DNA from: a virus | IMG/VR virus record: IMGVR_UViG_3300033153_000868 | Location: 1-64,000 of that record | Strand: one strand, 5' to 3' | DNA length: 64,000 nt | Shown here: positions 57,108 to 64,000 of the stretch, piece by piece | Layout: each line of letters begins with the position of its first letter | Position numbering within the stretch: position 1 is the stretch's first letter | Notes under the pieces: generated by a model | What the model was told of the DNA's origin: nothing | What the model saw: the letters and a program-made list of their open reading frames with translations, nothing else | Database searches by the model: none | Translations under genes and position numbers: made by a program

Positions 57108-60100
57108 TTATATAAGACATTTAAGTCTCTCAATTATTTCTTGTTCTCCCTCTTCTGTTTGTGAAAATAAATCACCGTATAAAGCTATTGCATCATCAAG
57201 TGTTTTTATATTTTCTCCAGAAAGCTTTTCTAAAGCAGCACTATTACCTTCTACATTTGCATCCCACCATTCTACTAAACTTGAAGCTTCTGAAATTTCT
57301 TCTGAAGCAAAAAGATCAAGTTCTAGTTGTTCTTGCTCTTGTTGTTCAAGTTCTGTAGCTTCTGGAATGCTCATATCAGTATCTTCTATAATAGCATTTC
57401 CTGTCTCATCAAATATAGCACTATCTGTGTTAGCAGACAACTCAGCCATTATTTTTGCCATATCAGATATATTTGTTTCTGCTGCATCTATATCTGCTTT
57501 AACTGTTACAGAATCTGTAGTTTGATTAACTATTGCTGAGTCAGAGTTTAATACTTCATTAACTTCTAGTATAGCTCCAAGATTAGTATCAACAGGATAC
57601 TCAACCTCACTAGTTTGTTGTGCTGGTTGTTCTAGTTGTGCAGCTCTATCTTGAGGTAAACTATTTTGTGTAGTTCCTTTGCCTACATTTCTTGCTTGAT
57701 CATATGTAAGTCTAGGTCCTCCTACAAAACCACCACCAAATTGTTGATTAGAACCCATAGAAGGAACTTCTAAGTATTCAGTTACCTTTGCATTAGGATT
57801 ATCTTTAGCAAGCAATCTAAACAAAACATAGAAATCTCTACCTTGTCTTTCAACTTTAACCCTTACAAACTCTTTTGCATTTACATGTTCAAAACTCTCA
57901 GAAGTAATAGTAAACTTATTAGGTCTAGAAACTGGGTCAAAAGTAAAGCCTTCATCAAGACTAGAAGCATCATAAGTGACAAGCAATGGTCCTACAACAT
58001 TAGATTGTAAGTATCCATATTTAAAATCTTTCATCACTTCTTCTTTAGAGATACCAAAGACACTTTCAAATTCTACTTGTCCTTTAAGTGCAGCTTCTAC
58101 AGAACCAACATTCTTAAGATATTTATTCATAATAAAAGGACTCATTGCACTCATAAGACTTCCATACTTAAGCTGCAATCCATCTTTAACCATCATGTAA
58201 TGCAGAATGTCTTCAGCTATTTCTCTTGTCTCAAGTGAACCATATAGTTTTGCAAAGGATGTTTGTAAATCAAGTTTATTAGATGCATTAAGTCTTCTCC
58301 ATGTATCCGCTTTTACTAAATTCATTCCTGTGTTATTACCCTGAGTTCCGGCATATTGAGTACCTACAAAATTATCTAAGAAGTAATTAGGCTCTGCACC
58401 TTGTTCAGCTCTTAGCAATTGTAAATCTTCAATTTTTTTAATCAATGATAAGTTAGTTGTACCTACAGGACCAGGATAAAGCAATGTGTTTTCTACAGAA
58501 GAATTACCAGAGCTATTATTAAGAAGATGTTGGTATGACTTAATTGTTAAATAAGATAATAGATCTTGTTCAATACCATTTTTTGCTACATTATCAAAAC
58601 CTCTTGAGTCAACATTCATTTGATTATAAGTAGGCTCTAGTATATCATTAAAGTCCTGACTCATAGTTAAAATAGTGTTAGGTAAAAGATCATTATGTAT
58701 TTGACCAAATATTTCTAAATAAGTACTCTGCCAAGTTTTGCTATTCTTACCATAAATAGGTCTGATATTCATAGGTGCTTCCTTATCAAACAAACTAGTA
58801 ATTGTCTCAATAGCATCTTTCATTTCTGGTATTGAACTAGGTAGACCTTGAGTAAGACTTGTTACTTTATTTATTTTACCTGTAAAGTTTTTAATGTTAT
58901 TAAGTCTTTCAAATAAAAATAGTATTTGAAGTCTTTCATTATTAGTTAAATCTTCAGTGCTGTCTACAGCTGTCTCTAAAAACTCATCTGATAGTTTTAC
59001 AAATGGTGGTTTATTGCCACCTTCTTTTTCCTTAGCAACTAATGAGGCTAAAGATCCAATACGTTTTGTTAAAAGAGTATCTAAACCTGCATCAAATTTG
59101 TCCTCTTTATTTAAAGCTTGATCATACAAGTCTCTTATTTCAGCAGAATTTACTAATAAAATTGAAGTTCTTAGTGGGATCCCCAATGAAACCATATTAC
59201 CAACTAAACCAACAGCATGAATATTAAGTCCAAACTTTGCTATTAAACGTTCTTTAGCATTATCAGTTTCCATTGTTACTAGAGTAGAAATAATATCTTG
59301 TATTCTTTCACCATTTATTTTGTCTTTAGTAAACCCATCATATGTATTATTATTAAATTTTATAGGTCTAGCTAATTTAATATTGTACTCACGCAATAAA
59401 CTTAAAGCTAAATTAGGTTTAACAATAGCACCAATTGCAGCTCCTTTGTTTGCTTCAAAGGCTTTTATCATTCCATGAAGTGTGTCAATATCTACATCAG
59501 AATCCTTTCTGCTTGCAAATAATTCTATACCCTCAACATTAGAAAGCTCATCAAATAAATCCTCTAATATTTTTAAGTCAGCTGCTTGATAAGCAATAGG
59601 TAAATCAGACTTACCTTCACCAGCATCTTGATCAATAGTCTTTAGTGTTTCACCTGTTACACCAGTATTACCTGCTAATACATATCTATAATCTAAAATG
59701 TTATTGTTTAAAACCGCCTCATTAGGTGATCCAAACTTTTTAGAATATTCTTCAAATTGTTTTTTAGTAACAGGAAGACCCAATATTAACATTGCTCTAA
59801 GAGCTTCTTCTGATATACTGTTTACACCTTGTTTATCTGTAACTCTATTTTGTTCAGAATCACTCAAAGAGTTTTCCCTTCTAATAGCCAAGGTTTCCTC
59901 CTTGTATAAAGAAGATGATGTACTATAAATATTATTAGGTTCAGAAGCTTTTTGATTCATGTACTTTATATACTCAAAATAAGAATTACCAGAACCGTAA
60001 GCTTTAAATTCTTTATTGCTATCTAAATAGTACTCTTTTGCCAATGCATATACTTTATCAATATCAAAATCCGCTCCTGATATTTCTACAAGTTCTTTTG

Positions 60101-63100
60101 GAAATATAGCTGTTGAACCATAATATACAGGCATAAAATCAACAACTCTTATGTTTACAGCTGAATGTTTATCTTGTGTTGGTATACGTACTCCAAACAA
60201 CTTGGCTACTGCATCTGGTATTGAAGCATTTGAATTTTCTTGAATTAACTCCATTACATTTCTATCCATAGGAGGCATAATAGTTTCACTATATCTTACT
60301 CCTGTAGGCTCCCCATTTACAACATCATCATTTTGGTATTCCATAACCCCTGTTCTAAGAACATCAAGAACAAGAATGCCATCATGTTTACCATCAACAA
60401 GATCATTTATATTTTCTAGGCTCTCTCCATTATAAGAACTTTCTCTTACAATCTCAGATCTAATAGGCATACCGTTTTTCATTTCATATACACGTCTGTA
60501 AACCTTATGACCAAATGAAGATAGTAATGCAACTGAAGTACCAGGTACTTTTTCTCTTAGTGTGCCTTTGCTAAAATAAGTCAAGAAAAGTTGTTCAAAC
60601 TTTTTAGCTGTTACCGGACTGTTTAAATTATACTTTTGAACACCATCTTCAACTCCAAAGAACTCAAGTAAGTTTGATGCAGCTCCTGAAGCCATAAGAC
60701 CTTTTTGTGCTTCTAATAAAAATGCAGCAAGATTTGGGGTAATGGCTCCTTTTTCTTTTGATAATTCTAACTCATCAAGTGCCGTGTCAAAACTAAATAC
60801 TAAATTTCTTTTGTTTTTGTATTTTAAAGTTACTCTTTCTCCTACTGCTTTGTTGTATGCGTCTCTTACTTTTCCTACAGTATTTAACTCAGGGCTTCCT
60901 TCTATAGTAATTTCTACATCATCACTTTGTTCAGAAGTTATAAGCTCCTTGATTTGGTTCATATCAGTTACTATAATCTTGTTAGAAGGGTTTACAACTT
61001 GAAGACCCAAGTAAGATGTGTCTAAATTAATAGATTGCAAATCTTGTGTTGTATCAAATACATTTGACTCAAGTAAATTAATCCCCTGTTTTAGCATTTT
61101 TATTGCTGAAACTGGAGCCGCCATTGCAAAGTTTTTATTTGCTTCTTCATTAGCTTCCATTTGTTCACGTAAATAATGAAGCTGTTGCATGTTAGGTTTA
61201 GCCTCCCACGTACCTGTTTTTTGATTATAGTTGGATGTATACTCTTTTGTTAAAACGGTAACTGACATTTTTAAAGCAGTTTTACCATCCATATATACAA
61301 ACTTCTTAGAGTTTATAAAGTCCTGTTGCTTTGCTAAATTAATAGAGTTTTCAGCAGAACCCCATGCTCTATCAGCATTTATAGACTCACCCTTATCAAT
61401 GCTATCTAGCATACTTGCCATTGCAGGACTTAATCTACCAAATGCAAAAGTAGAATATCTTATACCTTTTGTAGTAATATAAACTTGAGCATCTGCTAAT
61501 TCAATATCATTACCTGTAAAATCAGACTTAGCTGTTGGATCTTGGAAAGGATATAAATCAAAATTAGTACTAGAATGAGTAATACCTTTATTAAGATCCG
61601 TAATTTCACTATAGGCACTATAGTATGCGGCATTCTGTAGTTTTGCTCTTTTAACTTTATCAACCATGTCTTTTAAAGATACAGCTTGATCACCAAGCAG
61701 TAAATCATTCATTGACTTAGAATTGATATAGTTGTTAAAAAATATTTGTTTTAAGTTATATGCTGAATCATTTGTAAGATTTAACTTAAGTTGTGATAAT
61801 TCAACAGCACCTCTAGAAACACCAGATGCAATAGTTAATCCGTTTAATACTTGCGTAGAAAGATTATCTTTTGCTTTTAATGATGTAATCACATCATCAA
61901 ATTCTTTAAAGCTTTGCTCTAAGCTTTTATTAACTTCTGATCTAATAGATGCATTTGTTACACCTACAGCTAGTGACACAGCTTGTTTAAAAGAAACCGT
62001 CTCTCCTTGTTTAGCTTTATCAATAGCAACTTGTATTAATGCTTTTTTGGTTGATTCAGAAAGCAATAATCCATTATTAGTAAATTTGAATGCTCTGCCT
62101 TTATCAGACCTATCACTTTTTTCATTATTAAATCCTTGAATATCACCAGGTGCATTTTCAAATGCTAATGTTTCTTTGCTAATTCTATCAAACTCAGCCT
62201 CTATGCTATTTATAAATACATTAATAGCTTCTGGTGTAAGAACAACATTACCGTTAACTTCAGTAACTGCTTTAATAACAGGCAAACTTGTTAGGTCTCC
62301 AGTGTTAGCTGCTTCCATTACTCTTAAAAATACAGGAGCCATTGCAACTTGTTGGCCACCTTTTCCTTCTACAGTTTCAACTCTACCCGTTCTTCTGTTA
62401 AAATTAGAAACATAGTTGTTTATAATAGCTATAGCAAACTCTTGTGGCGTAAACTCTCCAAAACTTTGTGTTGATTTATTTTTTGATATAGATTCATTTA
62501 ATATATCTTCAACAGCTTGATCATTTTCAGCGTTTGTAATTTGCTCTTTAATTTTACTACCAGCAACTCTTATTACTTTTAGTCTATTCTGATCAGATAA
62601 GTTTAAAAATGCTTCACTATTAAGCAAATAATTATTTGATAAAAAGTCTTCACTTTTTAATTGTTCAATTTTAGATCTGTTATTTAATGACCCAATGCTT
62701 TTTAAATGATATGTAGGTAATTGATGAGCATATACAATATCACCATTAGGATTTATAAATGTTGATGATCCAATTGTTTCATCAAATGCAGCATTAGAAA
62801 TACTAAGCTTAGTAAGTCTTGATGCCATACCATCCTGTTTAGTGGAATATATATTTGCATTTGTACTAAACCCAGAATATAATTGATCTAATAAATCATT
62901 TGTTATTGGTTCCTCTGTATATCCATCTGACAATGCTTTTAATTCAGGACTGTTTTTTAAGTCAGCTTCTGTTTTAGATTTAGCAATACTATATGCAATG
63001 TAGTTAGGGCTTAATCTAATACCTATTAGATCAAACATGCGTTGAGAAAACTCTCTAGACATTTGATATGCTAAAGATGTTGACTCTGGATATGAAGTCA

Positions 63101-64000
63101 TTGCCTCTTTCATATCTTTAGTAAGGCTTAAGAATTGCTTTAATCTCTTAGGGTTAGCTGCAGCAAGTTTTCTTTTTGTTATGTATGCTTGAGCCCATTC
63201 ATCTAACTGAGCATTAATATCATCTCTTTCAGATGCAGTATATACTAATAAGTTACCATTACCATCTCTTTCATTAAATAGATAATCAACCTTGTAGTTT
63301 TCAAATCCTTTTAATATTGATATCAATAATGAACCATCTTTAACATCTTTAAATGGTTGCTCTGATGTTAGACCTTCTATTGTTAATCCCGTATCATTAA
63401 ATAATTTATCTACAACCGCCTTACCTTGTGGATTTAATCTAGAATATGCATACATTCTTTTAAGCATAACTACAGGATCACTTTCATTTGAAACTGATTT
63501 TAATAAGCTAGTATATGCTTCTTGAAATTTAACAGGAACAATCAATGCTTCACCCTCAGTTAATTCTGTCTTACCAAAGAAGTCAGTATCAACCATTGTT
63601 GTAGTAGCTATATATGATCTTACTTTATATGATAAAGAGTTAAAACCACCTATCTCTGCTGCATCTTTATTAAAGTCACTTGTACTTCTTATACCTGAAG
63701 TCTCTTCAACATTTTCTATTTTTAATTGATTAGCCTGATCCATATCAGAAATAACATTAATCAAAGCAAACACTTCTTTTTTAATGTCTTCAGGATAATT
63801 TATAAATGCCATATCAATTTGTTCAAGATATGCTTTCTTTGTTCCAGAAAAACCTTTGTTGGCTTCTCCCTCTGGATCAAGCATAATCATGAAATCTGTT
63901 TCAAGATCATTATATACTTTTGTAGGGTTATATGACTTCTCAGTTAATGATAATTCATTTACTCTATTTATAAACATACCAGCCATAGATCTAATTAAAG
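57108..64000 (-). CDS. Virion-packaged double-psi beta-barrel RNA polymerase (phi14:2 gp66-like), 5' end beyond window
   Basis: >2292 aa; 'GVRIPTQDKHS', catalytic loop 'ISGADFDIDKVY' (~60055-60080), 'TDNAKE'; frame stays open to 64000. Confidence 0.88.
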   Translation of the reverse strand, partial: LIRSMAGMFINRVNELSLTEKSYNPTKVYNDLETDFMIMLDPEGEANKGFSGTKKAYLEQIDMAFINYPEDIKKEVFALINVISDMDQANQLKIENVEETSGIRSTSDFNKDAAEIGGFNSLSYKVRSYIATTTMVDTDFFGKTELTEGEALIVPVKFQEAYTSLLKSVSNESDPVVMLKRMYAYSRLNPQGKAVVDKLFNDTGLTIEGLTSEQPFKDVKDGSLLISILKGFENYKVDYLFNERDGNGNLLVYTASERDDINAQLDEWAQAYITKRKLAAANPKRLKQFLSLTKDMKEAMTSYPESTSLAYQMSREFSQRMFDLIGIRLSPNYIAYSIAKSKTEADLKNSPELKALSDGYTEEPITNDLLDQLYSGFSTNANIYSTKQDGMASRLTKLSISNAAFDETIGSSTFINPNGDIVYAHQLPTYHLKSIGSLNNRSKIEQLKSEDFLSNNYLLNSEAFLNLSDQNRLKVIRVAGSKIKEQITNAENDQAVEDILNESISKNKSTQSFGEFTPQEFAIAIINNYVSNFNRRTGRVETVEGKGGQQVAMAPVFLRVMEAANTGDLTSLPVIKAVTEVNGNVVLTPEAINVFINSIEAEFDRISKETLAFENAPGDIQGFNNEKSDRSDKGRAFKFTNNGLLLSESTKKALIQVAIDKAKQGETVSFKQAVSLAVGVTNASIRSEVNKSLEQSFKEFDDVITSLKAKDNLSTQVLNGLTIASGVSRGAVELSQLKLNLTNDSAYNLKQIFFNNYINSKSMNDLLLGDQAVSLKDMVDKVKRAKLQNAAYYSAYSEITDLNKGITHSSTNFDLYPFQDPTAKSDFTGNDIELADAQVYITTKGIRYSTFAFGRLSPAMASMLDSIDKGESINADRAWGSAENSINLAKQQDFINSKKFVYMDGKTALKMSVTVLTKEYTSNYNQKTGTWEAKPNMQQLHYLREQMEANEEANKNFAMAAPVSAIKMLKQGINLLESNVFDTTQDLQSINLDTSYLGLQVVNPSNKIIVTDMNQIKELITSEQSDDVEITIEGSPELNTVGKVRDAYNKAVGERVTLKYKNKRNLVFSFDTALDELELSKEKGAITPNLAAFLLEAQKGLMASGAASNLLEFFGVEDGVQKYNLNSPVTAKKFEQLFLTYFSKGTLREKVPGTSVALLSSFGHKVYRRVYEMKNGMPIRSEIVRESSYNGESLENINDLVDGKHDGILVLDVLRTGVMEYQNDDVVNGEPTGVRYSETIMPPMDRNVMELIQENSNASIPDAVAKLFGVRIPTQDKHSAVNIRVVDFMPVYYGSTAIFPKELVEISGADFDIDKVYALAKEYYLDSNKEFKAYGSGNSYFEYIKYMNQKASEPNNIYSTSSSLYKEETLAIRRENSLSDSEQNRVTDKQGVNSISEEALRAMLILGLPVTKKQFEEYSKKFGSPNEAVLNNNILDYRYVLAGNTGVTGETLKTIDQDAGEGKSDLPIAYQAADLKILEDLFDELSNVEGIELFASRKDSDVDIDTLHGMIKAFEANKGAAIGAIVKPNLALSLLREYNIKLARPIKFNNNTYDGFTKDKINGERIQDIISTLVTMETDNAKERLIAKFGLNIHAVGLVGNMVSLGIPLRTSILLVNSAEIRDLYDQALNKEDKFDAGLDTLLTKRIGSLASLVAKEKEGGNKPPFVKLSDEFLETAVDSTEDLTNNERLQILFLFERLNNIKNFTGKINKVTSLTQGLPSSIPEMKDAIETITSLFDKEAPMNIRPIYGKNSKTWQSTYLEIFGQIHNDLLPNTILTMSQDFNDILEPTYNQMNVDSRGFDNVAKNGIEQDLLSYLTIKSYQHLLNNSSGNSSVENTLLYPGPVGTTNLSLIKKIEDLQLLRAEQGAEPNYFLDNFVGTQYAGTQGNNTGMNLVKADTWRRLNASNKLDLQTSFAKLYGSLETREIAEDILHYMMVKDGLQLKYGSLMSAMSPFIMNKYLKNVGSVEAALKGQVEFESVFGISKEEVMKDFKYGYLQSNVVGPLLVTYDASSLDEGFTFDPVSRPNKFTITSESFEHVNAKEFVRVKVERQGRDFYVLFRLLAKDNPNAKVTEYLEVPSMGSNQQFGGGFVGGPRLTYDQARNVGKGTTQNSLPQDRAAQLEQPAQQTSEVEYPVDTNLGAILEVNEVLNSDSAIVNQTTDSVTVKADIDAAETNISDMAKIMAELSANTDSAIFDETGNAIIEDTDMSIPEATELEQQEQEQLELDLFASEEISEASSLVEWWDANVEGNSAALEKLSGENIKTLDDAIALYGDLFSQTEEGEQEIIERLKCLI

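Noticed and set aside
1-64000. Stop-codon reassignment as in some crAss-like phages
   Set aside because: Genes are long and intact under code 11; TAG, TGA and TAA all end genes; no suppressor tRNA; the broken genes change frame rather than read through a stop

Overview
AT-rich 64-kb segment of a crAss-like (Crassvirales-type) dsDNA phage, most likely infecting Bacteroidota/Flavobacteria, judged from TAnnTTTG promoters and gene content. Layout: (1) 1-14379, minus strand: capsid module with major capsid protein (runs off the left edge), scaffold-like protein, portal, large terminase, GroES, nuclease, IHF-like protein, amidase and small basic proteins. (2) 14380-16500: divergent, mostly non-coding switch region with C-run clusters, a repeated hairpin+TCTGCTCCCAAACTA motif and about 1.1 kb of dense stem-loops. 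(3) 16523-41626, plus strand: early/replication genes including 3 tRNAs, SF2 helicase, UDG, DnaB, Sak4-like ATPase, primase, resolvase, vWA-peptidase/MoxR, PolB, MazG, a spore-photoproduct-lyase-like radical SAM enzyme and DUF5664. (4) 41671-47696, minus strand: fibre/holin/small-protein block. (5) Class I ribonucleotide reductase. (6) Two giant virion proteins, including a DFDID-type virion RNA polymerase that runs off the right edge. Top leads are the candidate large structured RNA region, candidate hairpin promoters for the virion RNAP and the phage SPL-like enzyme. Four conserved genes (MCP, RNR alpha, MoxR ATPase, vWA-peptidase) also carry apparent short internal deletions, which may be sequencing/assembly artefacts. 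All family calls come from motif recognition; no database search was run.
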